A stretch of 64,000 bases of DNA from an uncultured Lachnospiraceae bacterium. Lineage in GTDB: Bacteria > Bacillota > Clostridia > Lachnospirales > Lachnospiraceae. The stretch is taken from contig CAZAQH010000002.1 in assembly GCA_964487395.1 (NCBI GenBank), positions 864 to 64,863 on the forward strand, in the 5' to 3' direction. The notes under the pieces were generated by a model. It made no database searches. It worked only from the letters and a program-made list of their open reading frames with translations, and had not been told where the DNA came from. The first letter of the stretch is position 1, and each line of letters opens with the position of its first letter. Both the position numbers and the translations under genes were made by a program. Positions 1 to 10,581 of the stretch are shown here, piece after piece.

Positions 1-829
1 TATATTCACCTTTGTACTGAAGCTGTAAGGCTGCATGTCTTAAAATTGTATTTAATACTTCTTCATTACTTGGGCGCGGTGGTAATTGTCCTGTCTCAAA
101 AAACGTGGTAAGTTCTTTAAAAATAAATGGATTGCCTCTAACGGCTCGTCCAATCATAATTCCATCACATCCGGTTTCTTCCGCAAGTCTTTTTGCACTG
201 CCAGCATCTGTGACATCTCCATTACCAATAACAGGAATCGATAATGCATCCTTTACACGTGCAATGATTTCCCAATCTGCCTTACCGGAGTAATATTGTT
301 CTCTGGTTCTGCCATGAACTGCGACAGCTGCCGCACCACATTCCTGTGCAATTTTTGCTATTTCAACTGCATTGACATGATTCTCATCAAAGCCCTTTCG
401 AATTTTGACCGTGACGGGCTTTTTAATCGCTTCTGACACCTTTGTCACAATTTCTGCTACAAGTTTGGGATTTTTCATAAGGGCACTGCCTTCGCCGTTA
501 TTTACTACCTTGGGAACCGGGCATCCCATATTAATATCTAAAACAGCAAAAGGACGTTCTTCAATTCGCTTTGCCATTTCACTCATAATATCCGGGTCTG
601 AGCCAAAAAGCTGTAGTGATACAGGACACTCATCCGGATGAATCTCCATCAAAGCCTCCGTATTTTGGTTATTAAAATAAATTGCCTTGGCACTGACCAT
701 CTCCATACACAATAGCCCTGCACCCTGTTCTTTACAGAGCAAACGAAAAGGCAGGTCTGTTACACCTGCCATGGGAGCCAGTATCAGATTGTTGGTAAGG
801 GTGACATTGCCAATCGTAAGTGACTGCAT
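1..829 (-). CDS. dusB: tRNA-dihydrouridine synthase (Dus family), partial; the C-terminal end lies beyond the window start
   Basis: Absent from the ORF track because it runs off the window edge. My minus-strand translation from the ATG at 829-827 reads MQSLTIGNVTLTNNLILAPMAGVTDLPFRLLCKEQGAG...LDINMGCPVPKVV...AVHGRTREQYYSGKADW...VIGNGD, a typical Dus FMN TIM-barrel. Plus-strand ORFs 105-875 are its shadows. Confidence 0.85.
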   Translation of the reverse strand, partial: MQSLTIGNVTLTNNLILAPMAGVTDLPFRLLCKEQGAGLLCMEMVSAKAIYFNNQNTEALMEIHPDECPVSLQLFGSDPDIMSEMAKRIEERPFAVLDINMGCPVPKVVNNGEGSALMKNPKLVAEIVTKVSEAIKKPVTVKIRKGFDENHVNAVEIAKIAQECGAAAVAVHGRTREQYYSGKADWEIIARVKDALSIPVIGNGDVTDAGSAKRLAEETGCDGIMIGRAVRGNPFIFKELTTFFETGQLPPRPSNEEVLNTILRHAALQLQYKGEY

Positions 830-853
830 AGAAAAAACTCCATCTCATATTTT

Positions 854-1624
854 TTATTTCTTATTCTTATCGTAAATAAATTTCAAGCCGTCCAAAGTAA
901 GGGAACTGTCGTAAATCTGAATTGCATCTGTCTCATCTGCAATGATTCTGCCAAGTCCTCCTGTTGCAACTACCTTAAGGTTCTCATAACCGGATTCTTT
1001 TTTTACCTGATTAATAATATATTCTGTCTGTCCAATCTGACCATATACAAGACCTGCCTGCATACTGGAAATAGTCTCTTGAGCCAGGATGGAAGATGGT
1101 TTTTTAATTTCAACTTCCGGAAGTCTTGCTGTATCTTCCCAAAGTGCTTTTGCAGAAATACGGATACCCGGAGCTGTAATACCAGCCGTAAAGCAGCCAT
1201 CCTCTGTAAGAAGGTCATAGGTTGTCGCTGTACCAAAATCAAGCACGAGTACCGGGCCGCCATATTTTTCATAAGCCGCAACGGCATCTACAATACGGTC
1301 AGGTCCGATTTCCTTGGGATTTTCTGTTATGATTTTAATGCCTGTCTTAATACCCACTCCTACAATCATAGGTGTAACCTCTAAATAACGGCTGACACCT
1401 CCGACTAAAGAATGCATAACATTAGGAACTACGCTCGCTATAATACAGCCTGATATGCTTTCTTTTTGAATGTTATTAGCACGCATCAGTTCGCAAATTC
1501 TGATTCCATATTCATCTGATGTACAAAGCATTTTGGACATCATGCGAAATGTCGTTATGATTTTATCATTCTCATATACTCCGTATGTGATATTTGTATT
1601 TCCAACGTCGATTACCAGTATCAT
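854..1624 (-). CDS. coaX: type III pantothenate kinase
   Basis: 256 aa. The [11 protein letters not shown] and [14 protein letters not shown]-fold motifs are typical of CoaX. Confidence 0.9.
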   Translation of the reverse strand: MILVIDVGNTNITYGVYENDKIITTFRMMSKMLCTSDEYGIRICELMRANNIQKESISGCIIASVVPNVMHSLVGGVSRYLEVTPMIVGVGIKTGIKIITENPKEIGPDRIVDAVAAYEKYGGPVLVLDFGTATTYDLLTEDGCFTAGITAPGIRISAKALWEDTARLPEVEIKKPSSILAQETISSMQAGLVYGQIGQTEYIINQVKKESGYENLKVVATGGLGRIIADETDAIQIYDSSLTLDGLKFIYDKNKK

Positions 1625-1633
1625 ACTTTTCTC

Positions 1634-1993
1634 CTACTCTGCATCTTCCTGTTCTAAAAGTTCACTGACATCTTCATGAAGCACTAAAACTTTATAATAA
1701 AGGGACAGGGACTGTAATAATTCCTGTTTGGTATCTCTTATCTTTCTTATCAGCAGTCCGCTGCTTATCTCATCATAAAGATAGTCTTCGTCTGCTGCCG
1801 TTGTCTCAAATTCAAGTGTTCCGTCTTCTTCAAAGCATATGGTAAAAATGCCGCCTACTTCTTCGGTGAATAATACACATATGATATGCAGTTCTTCTTT
1901 TATGGATTCCGGAATCTTATCAAAGTCCTTGTTAAAATAGTATTTCTTTTCATAAGCATTTGCGCCACAAAGAACGACTCTATTATCTGCCAT
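1634..1993 (-). CDS. hypothetical acidic protein (119 aa)
   Basis: Clean ORF that ends 9 nt before the coaX start, which has a GGAGAA RBS, so co-transcription is likely. No family recognised by eye. Confidence 0.5.
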   Translation of the reverse strand: MADNRVVLCGANAYEKKYYFNKDFDKIPESIKEELHIICVLFTEEVGGIFTICFEEDGTLEFETTAADEDYLYDEISSGLLIRKIRDTKQELLQSLSLYYKVLVLHEDVSELLEQEDAE

Positions 1994-2005
1994 TTTTCTA
2001 TCCTC

Positions 2006-2998
2006 TTAAAATGCACCCAATGTTGAAGCCATTACTGCTTTGATGGTATGCATACGGTTTTCTGCTTCATCAAATACGATAGATGCAGGTGATTCAAATA
2101 CTTCATCTGTCACTTCCATCTCTGTAATGCCAAACTGCTTTCCTTTTTCTTTGCCAATCTTTGTATTTAAATCATGGAACGCCGGGAGACAATGCATAAA
2201 TACTGCATCTTTTCCAGCACGATCCATTACTGCTTTATTCACCTGATAAGGTGATAAATCGCGGATACGCTCTGTCCATGCTTCATCCGGTTCACCCATG
2301 GATACCCATACATCGGTATATACAACATCCTGATTGGCAGTGCCCTTCACAACATCATCTGTCAGAGTGATACTTGCATCATTTTCCTGTGCAATCTTCT
2401 CACACACTTTAACAAGTTCTGGGTCTGGGAAGTAATTTTTATTGGAGCAAAGAGTCAAATGCATTCCCATTTTGGCACATGTAACCATCCATGAATTAGC
2501 CATGTTATAGCGGGCATCTCCCATATAAACAAGACGAATGCCTTTTATTCTTCCAAAATGTTCTTTTATTGTCAGTAAATCCGCCAACATCTGTGTCGGA
2601 TGAAATTCATTGGTAAGTCCGTTCCAAACCGGCACTCCTGCATATTTAGCAAGTTCTTCTACAATATCCTGTCCAAAGCCACGATATTCAATTCCTTCAT
2701 ACATTCTGCCAAGAACTCTTGCTGTATCTGCAATGCTTTCTTTTTTACCAATCTGAGAGCCCGCAGGATCTAAATATGTAGTCCCCATTCCAAGATCATG
2801 TGCTGCGACCTCAAATGAGCAACGTGTTCTTGTACTGGTTTTTTCAAATATCAGTGCAACATTTTTTCCTTTTAATACATCTGTTAATGTGCCCTGTTTC
2901 TTTTTTTCTTTTAATTGTGCGGACAAATCAACGAGATAGCCGATTTCTTCCGGTGTATAATCTAATAATTTTAAAAAACTGCGTCCTTTTAAATTCAT
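2006..2998 (-). CDS. argF: ornithine carbamoyltransferase
   Basis: 330 aa with the STRTR ([13 protein letters not shown]), HPTQ ([11 protein letters not shown]) and HCLP (FMHCLPAFH) carbamoyltransferase motifs. Confidence 0.9.
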   Translation of the reverse strand: MNLKGRSFLKLLDYTPEEIGYLVDLSAQLKEKKKQGTLTDVLKGKNVALIFEKTSTRTRCSFEVAAHDLGMGTTYLDPAGSQIGKKESIADTARVLGRMYEGIEYRGFGQDIVEELAKYAGVPVWNGLTNEFHPTQMLADLLTIKEHFGRIKGIRLVYMGDARYNMANSWMVTCAKMGMHLTLCSNKNYFPDPELVKVCEKIAQENDASITLTDDVVKGTANQDVVYTDVWVSMGEPDEAWTERIRDLSPYQVNKAVMDRAGKDAVFMHCLPAFHDLNTKIGKEKGKQFGITEMEVTDEVFESPASIVFDEAENRMHTIKAVMASTLGAF

Positions 2999-3015
2999 GT
3001 TTTTCCTCCATATAC

Positions 3016-3050
3016 TAAAAAAGCCCTACACCGATTATAAAGTGTAAGGC
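3016..3050 (-). terminator. intrinsic terminator after the SPFH/NfeD operon
   Basis: On the minus strand, GCCUUACAC-loop-GUGUAGGGC is followed by U6. It lies about 35 nt after the stop of the 3085-4008 gene. Confidence 0.7.
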
Positions 3051-3084
3051 TTTTGTTTGCAAGTTCTGCTTTTGAATCACAATA

Positions 3085-4008
3085 CTATTTAGTAAGCACT
3101 TCTTTGATAGAGGTTGCAAGTCCTGCCATTCCCTGAATCTCAGATGGGATGATAATCTTGGTAGCCTGACCGTCAGCTGCTTTTTCAAATGCTTCCAGAC
3201 TCTTAATCTTAAGAACGGCTTCATCTGCTCCAGCTTCTTTAATCATGCGGATACCATCTGCCTTAGCCTGCTGTACTTTAAGAATAGCTAAAGCCTCACC
3301 TTCTGATTCGCGAATCATTTTCTCTTTTTGTGCTTCAGCACGTAAAATTGCTGATTGTTTCTCTGCTTCTGCTTCCAGAATAGCTGCTTCTTTCTTACCT
3401 TCTGCAACTGTTACATTAGCCTTTTTCTCACCTTCTGCACGAGTAACAGCTTCACGTCTTTCACGTTCTGCCTTCATCTGTTTTTCCATTGCATTCTGAA
3501 TCTCTGCAGGAGGAATAATATTCTTTAATTCGACACGGTTGACTTTGATACCCCAAGGATCAGTTGCAACATCAAGAGATGCTCTCATCTTGGTATTGAT
3601 TGTCTCTCTAGAAGTAAGTGTCTGGTCTAATTCCAAATCACCAATGATATTACGAAGTGTAGTTGCTGTTAAGTTCTCAATTGCCATGATTGGATTCTCA
3701 ACACCGTAAGCAAATAACTTGGGATCTGTAATCTGATAGAATACAACGGTATCAATTCTCATGGTAACGTTATCTTTTGTAATAACAGGCTGTGGTGCAA
3801 AATCAACTACCTGCTCTTTTAAAAGAACTCTACGTGCTACTTTATCAATAAAAGGAACCTTAAAATGCAAACCAACTGACCATGTGCTCTGATAAGCTCC
3901 TAATCTTTCTACTACATATGCGTATGCCTGAGGTACAATCTTAATACATGAAAAAATAATCCAAATAATCAGAACTAAAATTATTACTGCTGCTACTGCT
4001 CCACCCAT
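3085..4008 (-). CDS. SPFH/band 7 (stomatin/QmcA-like) membrane protein
   Basis: 307 aa. N-terminal TM segment, then an SPFH core (VVERLGAYQSTWSVGLHFKVPFIDKV...) and a charged Ala/Glu/Lys coiled-coil tail. Confidence 0.85.
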   Translation of the reverse strand: MGGAVAAVIILVLIIWIIFSCIKIVPQAYAYVVERLGAYQSTWSVGLHFKVPFIDKVARRVLLKEQVVDFAPQPVITKDNVTMRIDTVVFYQITDPKLFAYGVENPIMAIENLTATTLRNIIGDLELDQTLTSRETINTKMRASLDVATDPWGIKVNRVELKNIIPPAEIQNAMEKQMKAERERREAVTRAEGEKKANVTVAEGKKEAAILEAEAEKQSAILRAEAQKEKMIRESEGEALAILKVQQAKADGIRMIKEAGADEAVLKIKSLEAFEKAADGQATKIIIPSEIQGMAGLATSIKEVLTK

Positions 4009-4009
4009 T

Positions 4010-4453
4010 TTACTTTTCCTCTTTTCTTTCTTCTACTATTAATTTTACTCCACTAATTGCAACTACTGTTACAATAGCGCCTTGCTCAATCTTAACTCCA
4101 TCTTCTGTTGCTCTGGCACTCCATTCCATTCCACCAACGGTAACCTGACCTGTTGCTGCCACATTATCAATCAGTGCTGTAACAACTGCTTTTTTTCCGA
4201 CAATGCTCTCGGCATTTGTCTTTACTCTGTCCTTATTAAAATATCTAACTGCAATAGGACGGGTAAAAATAAGCATAACCAGTGAAACCACAATAAATGC
4301 TGCAATCTGTACATAACTGGGGGCTCCAAGTGCTGCTAAAATGACAGCCACCAAAGATCCGCCGGCAAACCAGATTGTTGTAAGTCCCATGGTCGCAAAC
4401 TCAATAGCTACACAGAGTACTAATAGAACCAGCCATATAATGACCCAATTCAT
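4010..4453 (-). CDS. NfeD family membrane protein
   Basis: 147 aa. Three TM segments plus a C-terminal OB-like domain (GKKAVVTALIDNVAATGQVTVGGMEWSARA). Only 1 nt separates it from the SPFH gene, the classic NfeD-SPFH pairing. Confidence 0.85.
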   Translation of the reverse strand: MNWVIIWLVLLVLCVAIEFATMGLTTIWFAGGSLVAVILAALGAPSYVQIAAFIVVSLVMLIFTRPIAVRYFNKDRVKTNAESIVGKKAVVTALIDNVAATGQVTVGGMEWSARATEDGVKIEQGAIVTVVAISGVKLIVEERKEEK

Positions 4454-4578
4454 AAATCCACTCCCCTTTCTGTCTGCTTAAGAAGGGTATCTGCTACCTT
4501 TCATCGTGCTATTTTATGGTACTACATTTTTTCCTTTTGCACAACCGCAATCCCATGTAAAATTTCTTAACTTTATCT

Positions 4579-4609
4579 TAAAAAAAGGGACAGACCTAAG
4601 TCTGTCCCT
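4579..4609 (-). terminator. intrinsic terminator after the cell-wall hydrolase gene
   Basis: On the minus strand, AGGGACAGA-loop-UCUGUCCCU is followed by U7. It begins 5 nt after the stop at 4615. Confidence 0.8.
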
Positions 4610-4614
4610 GTATT

Positions 4615-5718
4615 CTACCAAAATACGTGGTCTCCTATTATCGTGCCTTCCTGACTTCCGGCTCTTCTGAAATGAGTTGCCGTTCCGACATTAGTCTGTC
4701 CATTTATCGCTTCTCTTGCTACCTGTAAACAGGATTCTTTTACTCCTCTTTCAAGCTGTGCCTCTACTTTTCCATTACCAGCCGGTGTAAACTGACCGGA
4801 TGCATAGATGACACTTGCAATGGTATTTGGATATGCACCGCTTCGTACACGGTTCATAACTACTGCTGCTACTGCCAGCTGACCTTCATATGGCTGATTA
4901 CCTGCTTCACATTGTACTAATGCTCCAAGTAAGACATCATCTGTTGTGCCAACTGCAACTGCTCCAAGATTAGCAATTAATTTTGCTTTTTCTTCTCTTT
5001 CTTTACGTTCCCGTTCTTCTATCTCTTCAAATGTCTCTCCACTATCTACGGAAAATTCCAAAGAAACAAACTCTGCGGAAATATATCCCATATCGCCTTC
5101 GAACTCAATTGCAACCCACTTATCATTAGTTTCATCCGGGATTGCTTCCAGTTCGTCGTCTTTTTTAACTAAACCATATATACCTGCTTCTTCACTCGGT
5201 TCTTTACGAACTCTCAGTGCATCTGCATTTACTGTTGCCATAGTACGTCCAACACTATGTGCAAGTTCTTCTGCTTCTTCATCAAATAACAGATAGTCAT
5301 TACTTGCCCATCCAACTAAATTACCAGACTTAATTTTCGTCCAATCTCCATTACTATCGAGAATCTCTCCTCCGCAGTCTGCATATAGCAGTCCCACTTT
5401 CTCCGATTCTTCATTTGCTTCTGCGCGAACATTTAATGAGTTCTGTACATCTGCCATAACAAGACCAGACTTTCGCTTATCGGATTCATCCGCTGTATCG
5501 AACGATTCATCCTGTTGCGTTGCTACAGAACCTTCTCCGGCTGCATCTTCTACAATCATATCAAATGCGTCAAATACCTCAGCTGCACCGGCACGTACAT
5601 CAGCCAGTGAGTTTTGTGAGGAAGCCAGAGCAGATGCTCTTCCCATCAGACCAAGTGCCATTACTCCGGCAACGAAACCTGATAAAGCGCGAAGCCTTTT
5701 TTTGCTTCTTGCTTTCAT
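4615..5718 (-). CDS. secreted cell-wall hydrolase, SleB/CwlJ-type (Hydrolase_2) catalytic domain with two SH3b-like repeats
   Basis: 367 aa. Signal peptide, acidic linker, two SH3b-like repeats (LNVRAEANEESEKVG..., LRVRKEPSEEAGIYG...), an EERERKEREEKAK coil, and the C-terminal block CEAGNQPYEGQLAVAAVVMNRVRSGAYPNTIASVIYASGQF. Confidence 0.8.
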   Translation of the reverse strand: MKARSKKRLRALSGFVAGVMALGLMGRASALASSQNSLADVRAGAAEVFDAFDMIVEDAAGEGSVATQQDESFDTADESDKRKSGLVMADVQNSLNVRAEANEESEKVGLLYADCGGEILDSNGDWTKIKSGNLVGWASNDYLLFDEEAEELAHSVGRTMATVNADALRVRKEPSEEAGIYGLVKKDDELEAIPDETNDKWVAIEFEGDMGYISAEFVSLEFSVDSGETFEEIEERERKEREEKAKLIANLGAVAVGTTDDVLLGALVQCEAGNQPYEGQLAVAAVVMNRVRSGAYPNTIASVIYASGQFTPAGNGKVEAQLERGVKESCLQVAREAINGQTNVGTATHFRRAGSQEGTIIGDHVFW

Positions 5719-5901
5719 GAATTACCTCCAAAAAGAATTCATTATAAACTTGACATTCGTATAAAATATGTCAAATTTAATAACTTGTTACAAATTTGTT
5801 AAGTTTTTCAACTCAGTTATCGTATCAAAGTATGCTTTTTTTGTCAAGTAAGTCGATAGCAATCGTATTTATATGTTTATTTTTGTGTATTATTTGCTAT
5901 A

Positions 5902-6693
5902 TTATAATTTTCTGGATTTGTCGATGCAGCTTAATGTGGCATCCATAACTGCTGCCCGCAGGCCTTTTTCCTCCAGCACTTTTACCGCTTCAATCGTCGT
6001 CCCACCAGGTGAGCAGACCATGTCCTTTAATTCTCCCGGATGTTTGCCTGTTTCAAGCATTAATTTCGCGCTTCCCATTACTGCCTGGGCAACAAACTGA
6101 TATGCCTGTTTTCTGGGCATTCCCGCAACTACTGCTGCATCCGCCATTGCCTCCATGAACATAAAAACATAAGCAGGAGAACTTCCGCTTACCCCAACTA
6201 CAATATCCATCTGATTTTCCGGTACTTCGATGGCAAGTCCAAGACTATTAAACATTGACATCGCAAATGCCTTATCGTCATCATTTACCAGCTTGCTTAC
6301 GCAGATACCACTGCATCCTTCTCCAACAAGTGCCGGAGTATTGGGCATACAACGAATGATTTTTAAGTCTTTTCCAAATTCCGTACAGATCCAATCTATG
6401 CTTTTTCCGGCAGCAATAGATATTATCAATGTATCTTCTGTAATGGTCTCCTTAATCTCACCAATTACCTGTGGCAGCATCTGAGGCTTTACTGCAAGCA
6501 CTATAACATCTGCCTTTTTCGCAACCTCTTTATTATCTGTTGTAACCGCAATTCCAAATTTTTCCTTTGCGCTTGACAGTTTATCCATATCTCTTCTGGA
6601 AACAATGATTTCCTCCGGCTTTACAACTTTTTTATCTATAATTCCCTGAACAATTGCTCCTGCCATATTACCAAATCCAATAAATCCTAACAT
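5902..6693 (-). CDS. proC: pyrroline-5-carboxylate reductase
   Basis: 263 aa. N-terminal Rossmann motif GFIGFGNMAGAI and C-terminal VCSPGGTTIEA motif. Confidence 0.9.
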   Translation of the reverse strand: MLGFIGFGNMAGAIVQGIIDKKVVKPEEIIVSRRDMDKLSSAKEKFGIAVTTDNKEVAKKADVIVLAVKPQMLPQVIGEIKETITEDTLIISIAAGKSIDWICTEFGKDLKIIRCMPNTPALVGEGCSGICVSKLVNDDDKAFAMSMFNSLGLAIEVPENQMDIVVGVSGSSPAYVFMFMEAMADAAVVAGMPRKQAYQFVAQAVMGSAKLMLETGKHPGELKDMVCSPGGTTIEAVKVLEEKGLRAAVMDATLSCIDKSRKL

Positions 6694-6718
6694 CCTTTTT
6701 TCTCCCTTTCACAATTCA

Positions 6719-7513
6719 TTATCTGTTTGTAGTATGTATTCTGCGTTGTCTTGATACTTCATACATAAGTATGGATGAAGCAATGGCTGCATTTAAGGAT
6801 TCAACTTTGCCTTCCATAGGAATTTTTATGTAGGTGTCCGCCAATAGGGCTGTTTCTTCCTTTAGTCCATTTCCTTCATTGCCAATTAGAAATGCTGTTC
6901 CATTTGACTCAGCCTCAAAATACGATATCTCATCGTAATATTTTTTTCCCTGTAAATGTGCTGCATATATCTTGATATGCTCTTTTTTTAACTTATTAAT
7001 GGTATTTGCTATCTCATCTGTGTAGAAAAAAGGAATACGGTAAATGGAGCCCATTGTGGATCGAATGGTCTTGGGATTATAGATATCCACACATCCTTTT
7101 GTCATAATGATTCCACTGACTCCAGCACCTTCTCCTGTACGCATAATTGTCCCAAGGTTGCCAGGGTCCTGGATATCTTCCAAAACCATAAGAAGTGGAT
7201 TGTTTGTCTTTATCATATCATTTAGAGTGTATGTTTTCTGTTGCACCACACACAGTATCCCCTGTGGTGAAACCGTATCGGAAATCTTTTTAAAAACATC
7301 ATCACTTACTGTTTCATAACGAAATGTTTTAAACAATTCTTCTGTTCCTTCCTTTTGTAAAAAGGATTCCGACACATAGATTTCGCTAATTCTTTCCTTA
7401 GGCACTTCTGAAAACATTTTAATGCCTTCCACAAGAAATAAACCGCTTTCTTTTCTTGCTTTAGCCTTCTCATTTAATGTAACAAGTTCTTTTATTTTTT
7501 TATTTGTAATCAA
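6719..7513 (-). CDS. TrmH/SpoU-family RNA 2-prime-O-methyltransferase
   Basis: 264 aa with SPOUT motifs LEDIQDPGNLGTIMRTGEGAG, LIGNEGNGL and IPMEGKVESLNAAIASSI. Confidence 0.85.
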   Translation of the reverse strand: MITNKKIKELVTLNEKAKARKESGLFLVEGIKMFSEVPKERISEIYVSESFLQKEGTEELFKTFRYETVSDDVFKKISDTVSPQGILCVVQQKTYTLNDMIKTNNPLLMVLEDIQDPGNLGTIMRTGEGAGVSGIIMTKGCVDIYNPKTIRSTMGSIYRIPFFYTDEIANTINKLKKEHIKIYAAHLQGKKYYDEISYFEAESNGTAFLIGNEGNGLKEETALLADTYIKIPMEGKVESLNAAIASSILMYEVSRQRRIHTTNR

Positions 7514-7523
7514 TCTTTGTCTC

Positions 7524-8177
7524 CTAAAGTTTCTTTAAGATATCTTCAATTACTCTGTCCTGTGCCAGTACCATAAGATGTTCATCTTCATCAATTACAT
7601 AATCTGCCGATGGCATAATCCGACTGGTTCCATCTGCTTTTCGAATTCCCAAAATGGATATTCTGTGGCGTGCTGCAATGTTGGATTCGCGAATGGATTT
7701 ACCAACCCATGCTTTTTGCGGTGGGATCTCATAGATAGCATATCCCTCGGCCAGTTCAATGTAGTCAAACACGTTATTAACGCTATAACGTGATGCACAT
7801 TTTTCAGCGATATCCTTATCCGGATAAATAACTTCATCTGCTCCGTTTCTCAGTAAAAATTTAGCCTGAATATCTCTGGTTGCTTTGCTGATTACTTTTT
7901 TAGCGCCCATTTCTTTGGTCAGGTTTGTAATTTCAAGACTGCTTTGGAAATTCGTCCCAATGCACACAAAGACAATATCAAAATTGCCAATACCAAGGCT
8001 TCGAAGAACTTCTTTGTTCGTACAGTCTCCTATTTTGGTACTTGTTGCATATGGAATCATATCTTCTATTTTCTTTTCATCAATATCAATAATCATGACA
8101 TCAATGCCATGCTCCAAAAAGTTATTTGCAAGGTGATGTCCAAAACGTCCCATTCCTATAATTAATACTGATTTCAT
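7524..8177 (-). CDS. ktrA: potassium uptake regulatory subunit KtrA/TrkA
   Basis: GMGRFG Rossmann (RCK_N) motif. Start moved to the ATG at 8177, preceded by a GGAGG RBS; the track start at 8204 would overlap ktrB. Confidence 0.85.
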   Translation of the reverse strand: MKSVLIIGMGRFGHHLANNFLEHGIDVMIIDIDEKKIEDMIPYATSTKIGDCTNKEVLRSLGIGNFDIVFVCIGTNFQSSLEITNLTKEMGAKKVISKATRDIQAKFLLRNGADEVIYPDKDIAEKCASRYSVNNVFDYIELAEGYAIYEIPPQKAWVGKSIRESNIAARHRISILGIRKADGTSRIMPSADYVIDEDEHLMVLAQDRVIEDILKKL

Positions 8178-8196
8178 AACTGCCTCCATTTTGTGC

Positions 8197-9537
8197 TTAG
8201 CCAACTATTATTTTTTCATGCGGGTATTGCACCGGTGCCTGAATCTTTCGTTGTGCAAATACAAGTGCAAAGGATAAACTTCCAAGTCTTCCGGTAAACA
8301 TGAGTAGAATGATAACTAATTTCGGAATAAAGGTCAGGCTTCTCGTGATACCTGTTGTCATTCCTACTGTACCAATTGCCGAAAAGACCTCAAACATAAC
8401 ATCTAAAAATGGCAATGGCTGTACCGCCACTATAATGATGATTGCTGTAATCGCCAGCACGAGATTAATCATAAATACAGTACTTGCTCTTCTGATTGCA
8501 TCTTCATGTAATTTTCGTCCAAAAATATTTGCCCCATATGACTGATGAATCATGGATGAAGCTACAATAATCATGACAAGAAGTGTGGTTGTCTTAATAC
8601 CACCCGCTGTAGAGCCGGGGCTTCCACCAATAAACATTAAAACTATCGTCAGTACTTTGCTTGCATCTGTCAAAGATGCTGTGTCTACTGTATTAAAGCC
8701 TGCCGTTCTTGCTGTTACGGAACTAAAAAGTGCACCTAATATCTGCTCCCTTGCATTCATTCCGGCAAATAAATTGTTACGTTCAAAAATCAAAAAAAGA
8801 ACAGTACCTCCAAAAATAAGAATTCCTGTTACCAGTAATACTAGTTTTGTGTGTAACAGATATTTTCGGAAATGCCATTTATTTCGCACGATATCATCCC
8901 ATACAATAAATCCGATTCCACCGACTACAATCAATACCATAACGACAAGATTAACAAGGATATCTCCTTCATAAGCGGTCAGTGATGAATACTCCTCCCA
9001 GTTACCCATTAAATCAAATCCTGCATTACAAAAAGCACTGATAGAGTGAAAAATTCCAAAATACAGACCTTTCACAAGTCCGACCCTTGGAATAAACCGA
9101 ATCGATAGCAGTAACCCGCCGACTAATTCCATTATGAAGGTTCCTTCAATAATTTTTTTGGTCAGTCTGACTGTTCCTGCCGTTTCTATGGTACTAACAC
9201 TTTCATGAATGGCTTCTCTGCTCTTTAATCCAATACGTCTTTTAAAGACGACCGCAACATATACGCCAATGGTTATAAAGCCAAGCCCGCCTATCTGAAT
9301 AAGGGAAATAATAACGAGTTGGCCAAATAATGTCCAATTTGTAAAGGTATCTGCAATCACCAGTCCTGTTACACAGGTAGCTGATGTGGCTGTGAACAAA
9401 GCATCAATAAAAGGCATACTTTCTCCACTACGGCTGGCTAAAGGCAGTGACAGTAATATTGCTCCCAAAAGAACAAGTGTTGCAAAGCCTGCTACAATCA
9501 TTTTTGTATATGATACTCTATATTTTAATTTATTCAT
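8197..9537 (-). CDS. ktrB: potassium uptake membrane subunit KtrB/TrkH family
   Basis: 446 aa polytopic protein with four pore-loop glycine motifs (CVTGL, NAGFD, RTAGFN, GTVGMTTG). Confidence 0.85.
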   Translation of the reverse strand: MNKLKYRVSYTKMIVAGFATLVLLGAILLSLPLASRSGESMPFIDALFTATSATCVTGLVIADTFTNWTLFGQLVIISLIQIGGLGFITIGVYVAVVFKRRIGLKSREAIHESVSTIETAGTVRLTKKIIEGTFIMELVGGLLLSIRFIPRVGLVKGLYFGIFHSISAFCNAGFDLMGNWEEYSSLTAYEGDILVNLVVMVLIVVGGIGFIVWDDIVRNKWHFRKYLLHTKLVLLVTGILIFGGTVLFLIFERNNLFAGMNAREQILGALFSSVTARTAGFNTVDTASLTDASKVLTIVLMFIGGSPGSTAGGIKTTTLLVMIIVASSMIHQSYGANIFGRKLHEDAIRRASTVFMINLVLAITAIIIIVAVQPLPFLDVMFEVFSAIGTVGMTTGITRSLTFIPKLVIILLMFTGRLGSLSFALVFAQRKIQAPVQYPHEKIIVG

Positions 9538-9564
9538 AAAAAATCATTTCCTTAAGCGAAGGCT

Positions 9565-10581
9565 TTATACGTAGGCTGATAATAATTTGCTGACCTGCCA
9601 TTGATACTCAGGAATATCCTTTTGCATCTGTAATGCTTCATCAATATCAAAATCAACAAATTCTCCATGCTGATATCCTACTACACGATTGGTCTTGCCT
9701 GCACATAAAATATCTGCTGCATAAGCTCCCATAATCGATGCGTAAAAACGATCTTTACAGGTCGGGCTTCCTCCACGCTGCATATAGCCTAAAATAGTCG
9801 CTCTTGTTTCAATACCGGTTGCTGCTTCTATTCGTCTTGCCATAGATGTGGAATGTCCGATTCCTTCTGCATTAATAATAATATGATGTGTTTTGCCACG
9901 TTTTCTGTTATTAATTATGTTATTAATAATATTCTGTTCATTAAAATCGTATTTTTCAGGTAATAAAATATCTTCTGCGCCATTGGCTACACCACACCAC
10001 AGTGCAATATAACCTGCATTTCTACCCATAACTTCGATAATACTGCAACGTTCATGACTTGAGGAAGTATCACGAACTTTATCAATTGCCTGCATAGCTG
10101 TATTAATTGCCGTATCAAATCCAATTGTATAATCGGTACATGCAATATCAAGATCGATTGTGCCAGGAAGGCCAATAGTATTAATACCCTGTTTGGATAA
10201 GGCCTGAGCACCTCTATAAGAGCCATCTCCACCAATTACAACAAGACCGTCTATACCATGCTTACGGCAAATCTGGGCACCTCTTATCTGTCCCTCTTCT
10301 GTTCTGAATTCTTTGCATCTTGCTGTACCTAATATGGTTCCTCCACGTTGAATGGTATCGGAAACACTGGAAGCCTGCATATCTATTATTTCTTCATTTA
10401 ATAATCCCTGATAGCCTTTTTTGATTCCTTTGACTTTCACACCGTTCGTAATGGCTTTTCTCACTACTGCACGAATTGCAGCATTCATACCGGGAGCATC
10501 TCCTCCACTTGTAAGTACACCAATTGTTTTTATTTCTTTGGTTGCTTTAGCTTCCATTGATGTTTTTTTGTCCATTGACAT
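9565..10581 (-). CDS. pfkA: ATP-dependent 6-phosphofructokinase
   Basis: Motifs GVLTSGGDAPGMNAAIR, VIGGDGS, MGR and GYMQRGG. It follows dnaE, as is common in Firmicutes. Confidence 0.92.
   Translation of the reverse strand: MSMDKKTSMEAKATKEIKTIGVLTSGGDAPGMNAAIRAVVRKAITNGVKVKGIKKGYQGLLNEEIIDMQASSVSDTIQRGGTILGTARCKEFRTEEGQIRGAQICRKHGIDGLVVIGGDGSYRGAQALSKQGINTIGLPGTIDLDIACTDYTIGFDTAINTAMQAIDKVRDTSSSHERCSIIEVMGRNAGYIALWCGVANGAEDILLPEKYDFNEQNIINNIINNRKRGKTHHIIINAEGIGHSTSMARRIEAATGIETRATILGYMQRGGSPTCKDRFYASIMGAYAADILCAGKTNRVVGYQHGEFVDFDIDEALQMQKDIPEYQWQVSKLLSAYV

Noticed and set aside
105-875. Three plus-strand ORFs (105-293, 405-641, 687-875) listed in the track at the window start.
   Set aside because: They are antisense shadows of a clear minus-strand Dus-family gene (1-829). 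That gene is missing from the track only because it runs off the window edge.
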